Below are positions 55,075-64,000 of a stretch of 64,000 nucleotides of DNA, piece by piece. The stretch lies in assembly GCA_000091205.1 (NCBI GenBank), contig AP006487.2. One strand, written 5' to 3'. Each line of letters opens with the position of its first letter. Within the stretch, counting starts at the first letter, position 1. The notes beneath the pieces are model-generated. The model did not search any database. It was not told the DNA's origin and saw only the letters and a list, made by a program, of their open reading frames with translations. The translations under genes and the position numbers were made by a program. This stretch comes from Cyanidioschyzon merolae (lineage: Eukaryota).

Positions 55075-56253
55075 ATGAGCAAACCAGCGGGTGGCTGTGG
55101 TGGCAGCGTCCCGGTGCCGGGCGATTGTCCCAAAAAGCTACTTTTTCTGGGTCCACGACAACTTGCAGTTGTTCCGGATGGGTCGCTGAGTCGCCCTCTG
55201 GAGCCAGACGAGGTTCGCGTCAGAGCGTTGTGCTCGGGCGTCAGCGCGGGCACGGAACTCTTGTTGTACAGGGGTCAGATTGTGGCGGACGATGCGCTGG
55301 ACGCGACCATAGCGGCGTACAAAGACCCAGATGCGGGACGGCGGGAGCATCGTAGCTTGTACCCAACGACGTTTGGCTACTGCCTCTGGGGAGAGGTGGT
55401 CGCTGTTGGGTCTGGGTTGGACCGCGAGCGCTGGGTCGGTAGCGTTGTTTTTCTCCTCGCTGGGCACGCCGAGGAGCACATTGTGAAAGCCAGTGACGTC
55501 CTTTTTTTCGCAGACGACTGGAACGGGGCCACTCGGGAGCTAGTGCTCGCTGTTCCCCAGCTGATTCCCGTCAGCGAGACGGTGACGTGCTGGCTACAGG
55601 ACGCTGCCCCGGTGCTCGGCGACCGGGTTGCAGTGGTCGGTGCTGGACTCTACGGCTCTGTGTTGGCGGTAGGCGGAGCTCTGCTTTTCCCACTGAGCAC
55701 ATGGCTCGTGGTGGAGCCAGATGCAAAACGACGGGCGCAGCTTGCTGTTGCGCTGAAAGAAGCGTCAGTCACACGTTGCCAAACGCTGGCACCCGACCAG
55801 GTTCAGGCGTACTTATCATCATCATCGTCATCAGAAACTCGCTTCGATATTGTGCTGGAGGTGTCTGGAACGACGGCGGGGCTCAATGTTGCGCTGGAAC
55901 TAGTCCGCGCCACGGGTCGAGTGATCATTGGCTCCTGGTATGGGCGCAAGGCACAGGAGGTACCGGTGGAGATGCTGGGCTCTACCCGCCTCCATCGAAG
56001 CCACGCCCAGATACTCTTCTCCCAGGTCAGTGAGATACCCCCGTGGCTCGCTGGTCGTTACGATAAGCGTCGACGATTGACAGTGGTGCAGGAATTTCTG
56101 ACGACCTTTTCCTCTGCGTTCAAGGCTATAGCTTGCACCGTTCGGAGCTTTGCGTTTGAGGAAGCACCTTACGTTTTTGGGCAGTTAGATAATGGGGCGC
56201 TATCGGACCCAGTTCGCTTCCTGTATGGGGATTCTTCAAGCGCTTTTTCCTAG
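55075..56253 (+). CDS. medium-chain dehydrogenase/reductase (MDR, alcohol-dehydrogenase-like) superfamily protein
   Basis: The N-terminal GroES-like region reads 'LLFLGPRQLAVVPDGSLSRPLEPDEVRVRALCSGVSAGTE'. The Rossmann motif is 'VAVVGAGLYGSVLAVGGALL'. Confidence 0.75.
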   Translation: MSKPAGGCGGSVPVPGDCPKKLLFLGPRQLAVVPDGSLSRPLEPDEVRVRALCSGVSAGTELLLYRGQIVADDALDATIAAYKDPDAGRREHRSLYPTTFGYCLWGEVVAVGSGLDRERWVGSVVFLLAGHAEEHIVKASDVLFFADDWNGATRELVLAVPQLIPVSETVTCWLQDAAPVLGDRVAVVGAGLYGSVLAVGGALLFPLSTWLVVEPDAKRRAQLAVALKEASVTRCQTLAPDQVQAYLSSSSSSETRFDIVLEVSGTTAGLNVALELVRATGRVIIGSWYGRKAQEVPVEMLGSTRLHRSHAQILFSQVSEIPPWLAGRYDKRRRLTVVQEFLTTFSSAFKAIACTVRSFAFEEAPYVFGQLDNGALSDPVRFLYGDSSSAFS

Positions 56254-56629
56254 TGTCTGAGAGATTCTAATCTTTCTTTATGGTTCCGCACAGTCGCCAA
56301 TTCGCTTGCAGTATTTCGAATCGATACGCGTGGAGGTACTGAAAAGCAGTCGTATCTCAAAGCATCGTCCATATTTGGGTAACGCTGATACCTCTAAAGG
56401 TTCTAAAACCCGTGCTATCTCAAAACAAGGGACACGGCACGCCCGGCGCCTGTTCGTTCTTTGGACCCAATCAAGCATCGATACCAAAAGCAAGCCCTAT
56501 GTGGAGGCCACAAAAACGTAGAAGCATTTAGGTAGAAACTATAAACGCTCCCCTGGTATCTGGAACCCTTGCGGTATCCAGCGCGTCACATATGGCACGC
56601 TGTACGAATGCACGCCGCCCTGACCCTGC

Positions 56630-59600
56630 CATGCATCGACAGCAGCAGCGCGGGCGTGATTTTACTTCGATCACAAAATTCGTTTCCAGGGGCCATGGAT
56701 CCCAGATTGCGCGATGGGCAATGGCTCTGGGGAAAGTCTCCACGATGATGCATCCACGGCCAAGTTCCATTGCTTATACTTCCTTTCGGATGCACTGGTC
56801 GTTTCGTACGTTCTGTTGTGTGCCGAGTATCTGCCTTGATGCACCAGCAATAGCGCTTATATCCCTGGTAAGGATACAGCGCGAAGACAGAGCGGATTCT
56901 TCATACTACTGACGGCGTCGAATCGAGGAATGCTACATTTATTGACAGGGAGTCACGGCAAATTATCATTCTGGGAGTCTGCAAGCTGCGCAGACAGCAT
57001 TCTGCCTGTGGCAGCGCGAAGCGATATACTAGGAGTCCACTGCCACTAGTGCGACGTCCAGACGCAGCCTGATTGCCCCTAGTCCCAGAACAGACTGCGT
57101 TGCGGACGAGCTACGCAGATCTCTCTAAAGCACCAGCCAGTTTCGAGGCACACCGAGCACCAGCCCGGCAAACTCGTCCGGCGCGCTGCACTGTTCACCT
57201 AGAAGAAAAACTTTCGACAACATAGAATCCTTTTCCCCCTTTTAATGTTTATCACAGAGGGAGAGAAGGAATTGTAATCTCGTAAGTGGATCATAGTGAT
57301 TCTCTGTTCTTTGTTCTAAATAGTGCGGTTGATACTCGCATCTGGGAGATCTGGCCGTCACGAGGCACGACGCGCATCTCGCCGTTGAAGGGAAACACGT
57401 TTCTGATCAATACCGTGTTGCTCTAATGTACAAGTTATATTTGGGTTAAAATCATAGCGAATTATAGTCTTTCAATTCAATTCTATTTCAATTCTCAGGG
57501 GAGTGTATTCAAGTGATTTTTCGCGGTGTATATTAGAAGCTTTCAAAGAGTCTTCTTTTTCAAAAAATTAAAGAAGGAAAGATATAGAAAGGAAAGTAGA
57601 GGATCCCGGCGGGCCGTTTTCTCCGGCTGTCGGAAAGAAACGGAACGCAGTGCCAAGCAAAGAGGAACACGACAGGACGAAGAAGCGAAAGAAGGATGCC
57701 AGACGTCAAAAGCTGCGAGCAAGTCGACAGTACGACGAGATAGGAGCCAAAGCCCTTCTTCTACGCCGCAGCAAGGATCCCTAAAGCAAATAACGCATGA
57801 GGTCATCAAAAAAACGTGTCGCGTCTTACGCTATGAGTATTATAAAGGCTTCTTCAGGACTGATGCATTGTCGAAGATGTACGACAACGTGACGGAAATT
57901 CGAAGAGTCGAGGTTCCGGCAGAGTTTATCAACAGGACCTTTATTCGCCTCCTGATGGTTGGCACAGGGGAAACGCCGAGGAGAAATGAGCGAGAGCATG
58001 TCCTCCACGAAAATCACAAGGAATACCGCTTCAACGGTACTCGGCACAGGGACGGCGCGGATATCTACACATACGGTGTGAAAAGTACCTCACGAACCTG
58101 AAGAACCATTTCATAATGAGCCTCAAACGCTTCGTGATACGCGCCGTCTTTGCACTCTACCCGGGTATCTCTCGCAGAGGCAGACGGGCCAGCATCGATG
58201 GCATCACGAACGACAGCAGGAGTGAACGGGAGATCGAATTCGTCCACGAGGAGACTTCAAACCGGAGTATGAATGAAGCTTCCGTGGCCCGTGCGGCTAT
58301 GCAAGAGCACCGTGCGGTCTTAGGGCTTGTCAACCCAGCGGAAAAGATATCAGATATGAAAAAGGATGGAAAAGGTGCGATTCCCTCATCCTGCGTTATT
58401 TCGTGTCCCTGAACCGAGAGCGCGAACGCAAGGCCGATATGGCGCCGGCCCTAAAAAATCGAGAGTCGGACAAACGGAAGGCTTTCCTACGAGAGAGGCG
58501 CTTCAACGTTGTTCGGATTTGCGGGATCAAGTCGGATTTCGTGACCATCAACTCCAGCGTCCTCTACTGGATCATGAGGAAGATCAGTATAGAGTTCTGT
58601 GTAAGCAACAAGGAATTCATCGGCGAGAGCCGGGAAACGTATTGGAAGAATATCCTCGATCTGAAGCGTCTCAAAACGAGCATGCGAGGGGTATCCGCGG
58701 GGATCGTCGAAACCGATAGGGTATCCATAGGTGTTCACTGACGGCGCTTGAGGGCGGATCGCCCGGTTCCATCTTCGTTGTCACCCGTGACGGAGCATGA
58801 AGGAAAGAAGGAGGCGGATCCTGCGACGCCGGCGGTGCAGGAGAACGACCGTGTCGTTGGCACGGACCGCGGAAATACGAATACCATAATCATCGCAGTA
58901 CCCAAGCCTGGGGAAGATGGTATTGACGGCAACTTATGCGAGAAAGACACGCGACTTTTGGAGTTCGCGAGAGCGAGCTATGACCGAGAATCCGGTATAA
59001 TGAATGCCAGGAAGAAAATTGAGACATGGAATGCAGGAGTCAAGGAAGAGCTGGAAGCGATCAGCCAGGTGCCTATCCGCGGAGCGGACTTTCGAGATTT
59101 TCGGGAGCTCGTGAAAATTCGCGTTGCTCATTGCGAGGATCTGTGCAAGGGGTTTGCAAAGTACCGGCTTGGTGGGCTCGTCACCACACGAACTTGTACT
59201 GTGGGGAGCAGTGTCTATTCGCGAGCTTTTCCAACCAGCTGGGCGCCCTCAAGGAAGACGATAGTCAAAGGCTCGTAACAGCGTGTGAAGCAGAGCGCTG
59301 GGCGCCAAAACAAAAGGAGTGTACGCCCGCTCCGTCGCCACGAGCGTACAAGGAGTACGCACGGCGTTTTGTTACGATACATGTAGATGAGTTCCGAACT
59401 TCATACATACAATACGAGTTGGGGTGTCCGCTCCAGAGGGACGAGATGGAAAAGTGCCATCGACGCTCTGAGGATATAGAAAAGTACGGACCGCTGACGG
59501 AAGAGCGAATGGAAAGGAGGGCGAAAGTTCGAGGACTAGTCGCATTCGTAAGTAGAAACAGAGGCGAGAAAGGTGTGGAGTGTGCGAACCGAGACTTTAA

Positions 59601-59950
59601 TGCCGCTGTGTATATCAGGAGATGCGCAGTGCCGGAGAAGAGACCCGAGGAGTCGACGAGGGCCAACTTTGTGGGGCACCCCTATTCCCCCTCCGCCCCG
59701 AGGTGAAATTGCACGCGAATACGTTGAAACCAGCAGTAGGTGGCCAGTCAAGGAAAACGGGTAGGCGTCTGCACGCCGGTGCGTGGACATCCAGCCTACG
59801 GCCGGGCGGCGCGCTGCCCGCCACCACTGCACACCAGAAGCGCAGCGTTTGCCGCCTGGAAGAGAGTCGTTGCTGCCGGTGTTCCTCTAGTCGAGTTTAA
59901 GAGTTTGGACCGGTCGTTCCTGTAAATCTCGATGAGATTGGGATTTTAAA
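56630..59950 (+). mobile_element. Fanzor/TnpB-like element (copy 1): conserved left module, AT-rich island, frame-disrupted nuclease gene, conserved 3' tail
   Basis: Left module is 56630-57190, with blocks shared with 39140-39730. An AT-rich island follows at 57190-57600. The nuclease relic spans 58116-59706. The 3' tail of about 250 nt runs to the next gene (59970) and is homologous to 40503-40750. Confidence 0.5.
58116..59706 (+). pseudogene. Fanzor/TnpB-like RuvC nuclease gene, frame-disrupted (or intron-interrupted)
   Basis: The RuvC-I motif 'RVVGTDRGNTNTIIIAV' lies at about 58850-58900 in frame 2. The RuvC-II motif 'IRVAHCEDLCKGFAKY' is also in frame 2, with the E codon at 59135. After a shift to frame 1 near 59175-59200 come 'RRFVTIHVDEFRTSYIQYELGC' (the conserved TS motif that precedes the zinc finger), a degenerate zinc finger 'C...C.H', and the RuvC-III motif 'ANRDFNAAVYIRRC' with the D codon at 59593. 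An in-frame TGA at 58739 and at least one frameshift break the reading frame. A possible N-terminal 'RFVIRAVFALYPG' lies in a third frame at 58116. Confidence 0.6.
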
Positions 59951-59969
59951 CGGGTGGTCATCACCGCTT

Positions 59970-61220
59970 ATGAGTGCCTTCTTCGCCAAAGTTCGGGGGG
60001 CGTTCCAGAACGTAACTTCGTTTGCGGCGGACGCCAGCTACGACGAGGAGCTCAATCGCCTCATTCAGCGCTGCAAGCAGTACAAGGATGTGAACGATAT
60101 GATTATCAAGCAGGCCAAGCTATATGACACGTCGCTGCGGGACCTTTCATCCGTGGGACGTGCAGCCGGAGAAACGTACATGTCCATAGCTAGCTTTCGA
60201 AGCTTCCCTGGCGGCGCTGTCGCGGGAGAGTCAGACTTGCGGCTGGCGCAGGCGCAAGGTTCGTTTCGAACCAGGAGTATAAGCTCGCTTAGCACGGCGG
60301 ATGCCAGTGACCGGAGCACAGGAGCGGGATCCTTCTATCTGTACCGGAGCGACGAACGTCGCGTGCTAGCGCAGCTCGGCCGAGCAGAGCGCGCTGCGCA
60401 CCAGGCACAGGCTGTGTTCGCAGAACGTATTTCGGCCCCGATTATCCTCGAGGGCCGTCAGTTTAAAGAGCGGTACGATGAGTTGCGACGGCTCAAGTCG
60501 CTCTACAAACGATGTAAGCGAAGGTACATTCAGGCACAAAGAGCTCTGGCATCGGAGAAAGCGAAGCGGGTTCCTTCTATGGAAGCACAGGTGAAGCTCG
60601 TGGCCAAGCTTGCGGAGCACGAGGAAGAGTTCAAACGCGTGACAGAGAAACTGTTCGTTCACGCAAAGGCACTCGAAGATGAACATCACTATTCGGTCAT
60701 GCAACATGTTTGCGGCTTTCTATTGCACCATTACAACGCACTCGTTATCTCCTTGCGCGCTATCAAGAACGTGATCGCCATCGCAGAGAAACACATTCCG
60801 GAGAAAATTCAGCTTGAGAGGCTGGAAAGCCTTGCCATCGAATTACACAAACTCTTGCCGTCAGCGGAAGCATTTGAACACGCTGGATTGGGAGGGACGG
60901 ACGCCGTACCTAGTTTGCCGGATAGTTCCCAGAGTTCGTCTGCTGGACGTGAGGATGAGTCGGAGCTTCGTCTGCGAATACAGCGCTCGGAAGAACTACT
61001 CAGCGTGGCGAATGCCGAGTCTCAGCGGTGGAAGATGCTTTATCTCCAAGCAGAGCGAAAGAATCGCGCACTTTACCTCGAGAATCACCGTCTTAAGAAT
61101 ATGATGCATGGAGTTGATTGCTCCTCTATCCGAGACGACCGACAGTCCACTTCTTCGTTCATGTTCGATGATCAGCGGTTGATGACTGAGGCGCAGGCCC
61201 GGCGAGGTCATATCACCTAG
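59970..61220 (+). CDS. coiled-coil protein, possibly BAR-domain-like at the N-terminus
   Basis: 416-aa ORF. The N-terminus 'FAKVRGAFQNVTS...DEELNRLIQRCKQYKDVNDMIIKQAKLY' resembles BAR-domain starts. Long heptad-like helical regions follow. The family is not confirmed. Confidence 0.55.
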   Translation: MSAFFAKVRGAFQNVTSFAADASYDEELNRLIQRCKQYKDVNDMIIKQAKLYDTSLRDLSSVGRAAGETYMSIASFRSFPGGAVAGESDLRLAQAQGSFRTRSISSLSTADASDRSTGAGSFYLYRSDERRVLAQLGRAERAAHQAQAVFAERISAPIILEGRQFKERYDELRRLKSLYKRCKRRYIQAQRALASEKAKRVPSMEAQVKLVAKLAEHEEEFKRVTEKLFVHAKALEDEHHYSVMQHVCGFLLHHYNALVISLRAIKNVIAIAEKHIPEKIQLERLESLAIELHKLLPSAEAFEHAGLGGTDAVPSLPDSSQSSSAGREDESELRLRIQRSEELLSVANAESQRWKMLYLQAERKNRALYLENHRLKNMMHGVDCSSIRDDRQSTSSFMFDDQRLMTEAQARRGHIT

Positions 61221-62109
61221 CGAGCATCATGTGCATCATCGTACTAGTCCGGGGCGCGAGCGTGCTTCCAGACGCAGCAGAGGCGCCCGCGACTCCGCTT
61301 GTGCAGAAGGACGCCGCGCTGCGCTCCACTTCACCGCGTGAATAGCGATGCGGCCGATTTCCGTTCCTCGGCCATCACCCGGACCTGACATGGCATTACT
61401 TGTCCAAGACTGCTTTCATGGACGGGTGCATGTCACCAGGAGTAACGCGTGCTGTGTTTGAGCAGAGAGCAGAGCCTGAGGCAGGTTCCGGGTACTGCGG
61501 CAAGTTCGTGACATCGCTCTACTGGAGCGTGTTACAAGCGGTAGAACCGAATCGCCCCTTGTCAATGAAAAGCAAACGCTTTCGGGTTGGGTAACAATCT
61601 AGAAATCAGGTACAGGAAAGCTCCATGACCGCGATGCGACCTATATTGGTTCGTTTGCACGCGGTGTCGTATTCGCTGTGGCTCCTCGGGCAGTGCAGTC
61701 GTGAGCAGAGCGCAATTTCGCGGACGACACCGGCACATGGAAGCAGTACCCCATTTCCTGGAAATGGAAGCCATAACAAACACGCGAGTCCACCGAAGAA
61801 CGTCAACACGTTCTCACTCCATGCAGATGTCAACATCGGATTCTCCCACACAAAGCGGACCTCGCGCTTTCGTTCGCTCTACGGTGTGTTTCGGGATGAG
61901 AAAGGGAATGGAGGCTGAAGGGCGTCCCAGAAACGCGCGCTCTCTTCTGACGAGGTCTCACGGTACCTTGAGCACCGGAGACAGCTACGACTGCAGTCTT
62001 GAACCAAAACCGAGAGAGCACTGTTACGTCGAGAGTGTCCGCATGAGAGATGCGGCCTTGTAGTACGATCGGTTTGGTTTTAGTCAAAGAACGACCCCTA
62101 CAAAGAGCT

Positions 62110-62300
62110 ATCGAGTACCGAATAGTGTAAAGATTCAGATGAGAACTCTAGATACCCGCCTTTGTTTTCCTCCGGCTGTTGTCGACTGAGCAACCAGATT
62201 TGAAGCGTGAAACCACGCGTGCGGTGAGCCATCGAGTACCGACTGGGTGCAAAGGTTCAGATGAGAACTCGAGATCGACCCCTTGATTTTCTCTAGTTAT
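62110..62300. repeat. about 100-bp tandem duplication (2 copies)
   Basis: 'atcgagtaccga.t.g.g.aaag.ttcagatgagaactc.agat...ttttc.tc' occurs twice in direct succession. Confidence 0.7.
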
Positions 62301-63397
62301 CGAGCAGGGAGCGAGCGCTTCTATGAAATGACAGTGAAAATGTCCGGGCGCACTCTCTGAACCAACAGGCATGCTGCTTTGGACGCAAGTCTGCTATGCT
62401 CCGGGCGGAGTGGAAATCTGAGCGTTCGCGGAAGTGGCGAGGTTCACACCTCGATCGACCGCTTGAGCGGTGTTTCTGGATTACGCAGCTAGCTTCATCG
62501 ACGCTGAACCAGAAACGATTGAGACCAGACGGGGCTGGCTCGGAGTGCCGTTCACGCATTCGCAGGGAAACTGTTTTGGAAATCGAGTGTGTTCTAGTGC
62601 TTGTCCCGGTTTTCCTCTCGCACCGGATGATCAGAAAAACGGCGGACAGTTAGCCGCTGTGCTCCTGGCACCTGAATTTCACGTGACCCATCCGGGTCTA
62701 TGAAAGCGTGCCCAACTCGGGTACTCGCGATCCTCCCATGCTGAGTACAGAGACGCGTATGCGCAGCTCATACGCGAACACGTCTGTTTGTGCCGACGTA
62801 TTTTCCCACATTTCCGCAAACATCTGCCTTCAACACGGAATGCGCGTGCGCACTATCAAACACCTTTTTTCGAGGCTCGAAACACAGATCAAATGTCGCC
62901 GCCTTTCACGCAGTCTTACGACGACCTCGTGGTTTCGTTCCTACTTTCGTTCGAACTGTCACGACAGGAATTTTACAATGGAAAAGATCCTATTTCCACA
63001 AAAAAGCGTTCCAAAGAGATGCTCGTAGGGTTCCGGCTTTGAACATTCCGTGAAATGGGCCAGCGGATACCTCATGGAGTTCGACGCTCTCGGCAAAATC
63101 CCGAGACATTCGCAAGCTCCGCAGCGGAGCGACACTGGTGAATTCGCTCCGCATCGCATTGCTGGACCTTGAGGATGACTCCATGAAACGCTGTGGTTGT
63201 CTCCATGGAGGCTCAGGCGTAGGAACTTTTGTTCTTTACGTGCCATCCTGCCCAATGAAGACACCACCAAAGATGTTCTGCGCTTCGCCCGCAGGAGCTG
63301 CGTGTATTCGTCAGCGCGCGACTCGCGCCCACTCGTCTCGCTTTCGATCGCTCGTTCAAGTAGTACGTACAACGGTTGCTTACTGAACGTTTTGAGT

Positions 63398-63611
63398 ATG
63401 GCGAGCACTTCGACCATGTCAGGCAGCCGACGGAAGGAATTTACTGATGAGGATCGGGAGGAGTTCCAAGAAGCATTCAACCTGTTCGATCGCGACGGTG
63501 ATGGCCTCATCTCAGCGAGCGAGCTTGGCTCAGTGCTTCGCTCGCTCGGACAGACTCCAACTGAGGCTGAGATCCAGGCTCTCATAGCCGAGGCGGACTC
63601 GGATGGTAAAG
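63398..63611 (+). CDS. calmodulin-like 4-EF-hand protein, exon 1
   Basis: '[52 protein letters not shown]' carries EF-hands 1 and 2. A GTAAGT donor begins at 63612. Confidence 0.7.
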
Positions 63612-63771
63612 GTAAGTGTCAGGGTACAAGAGCGGTCTTCAAAGCAGACGGGATTTATTGACGCGTGTACGAGAAACCTTGCTTTTTTCCGTCAAGCAGA
63701 AACTAACCAAGGGGCCTGGTGGAGTTCAAAAAACCCATGTGTTCGTCCCTATGAACTGCAGGTTCTGTAAA

Positions 63772-64000
63772 CTTTGAAGAGTTCCTCGCGCTAATGACAC
63801 AGCACGCGAAGGATCCAGCTGAGACTGAGGAGGCACTGAGACAAGCGTTTCGTGTGTTTGACCGCGACGGGGACGGCACCATCAGCACCAGTGACTTGCG
63901 CTACTTTATGGTTACTTTAGGTGAAAAGCTCTCCGAGGACGAGGCCGATGAAATGATCCGTATGCTCGATGAAGACGGCGATGGTCGCGTCCAATGGGAA
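63772..64000 (+). CDS. calmodulin-like protein, exon 2 (truncated by the window end)
   Basis: The 160-bp intron 63612-63771 ends in 'ctgcag'. The frame is restored to give 'GSVNFEEFLALMT...FRVFDRDGDGTISTSDLRYFMVTLGEKLSEDEADEMIRMLDEDGDGRVQWE', which carries EF-hands 3 and 4. Confidence 0.7.

Noticed and set aside
57526-58101. 191-aa ORF upstream of the Fanzor relic as a second transposase (TnpA/DDE-like)
   Set aside because: No DDE, serine-recombinase or HUH (Y1) motifs were recognised. The Lys/Arg/Ser-rich N-terminus looks like translation of the AT-rich island.

Overview
This window is nuclear DNA from a GC-rich, intron-poor eukaryote (roughly 55-60% GC by eye). One clear GT...AG spliceosomal intron with a GTAAGT donor is visible, in the calmodulin-like gene at the 3' end. 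Long uninterrupted ORFs and many in-frame GCN/CAG codon repeats are consistent with an oomycete/stramenopile-like protist or a GC-rich fungus; I cannot place the lineage from sequence alone.

About 17 protein-coding genes can be supported by recognisable motifs. All are ordinary housekeeping genes:
- GPN3 GTPase
- organellar-type methionyl-tRNA synthetase
- SRP receptor alpha
- a DHRS12-like short-chain dehydrogenase
- ZC3H15/DFRP1
- a dynamin-related GTPase
- IST1 (ESCRT-III-like)
- a 2030-aa helical giant protein of unknown family
- a PurE-PurC fusion with the domain order reversed relative to animal PAICS
- a TFIIS-type zinc-ribbon RNA polymerase subunit
- a VHS-GAT adaptor with a prion-like tail
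- SMC4
- a RING-finger protein
- an MDR-type oxidoreductase
- a coiled-coil protein
- a calmodulin-like protein
- plus one weakly supported hypothetical gene (46205-46756) and one repeat-borne ORF (17104-17538).

The stretches that are not ordinary are the following.
- Two loci of a Fanzor/TnpB-like (OMEGA-type RuvC) nuclease element. The 56.6-59.95 kb copy carries a frame-disrupted nuclease gene that retains the RuvC-I D, RuvC-II E and RuvC-III D motifs. The 39.1-40.8 kb copy is internally deleted and keeps only a C-terminal nuclease fragment.
- Both copies share a conserved non-coding module upstream of the nuclease and a conserved non-coding tail downstream of the stop codon. The downstream tail is a candidate omega-RNA region or transposon end.
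- A composite dispersed repeat family (modules A, B and C) is present at four loci. Module C, and the end of B leading into it, is conserved at protein level.
- Several minisatellites sit close to gene starts, including a 73-bp array of about 8 copies ahead of the SRP-receptor gene.

There are no rRNA or tRNA genes and no CRISPR array. Coordinates derived from my own reading of the sequence lines may be off by a few bases; coordinates taken from the ORF track are exact.
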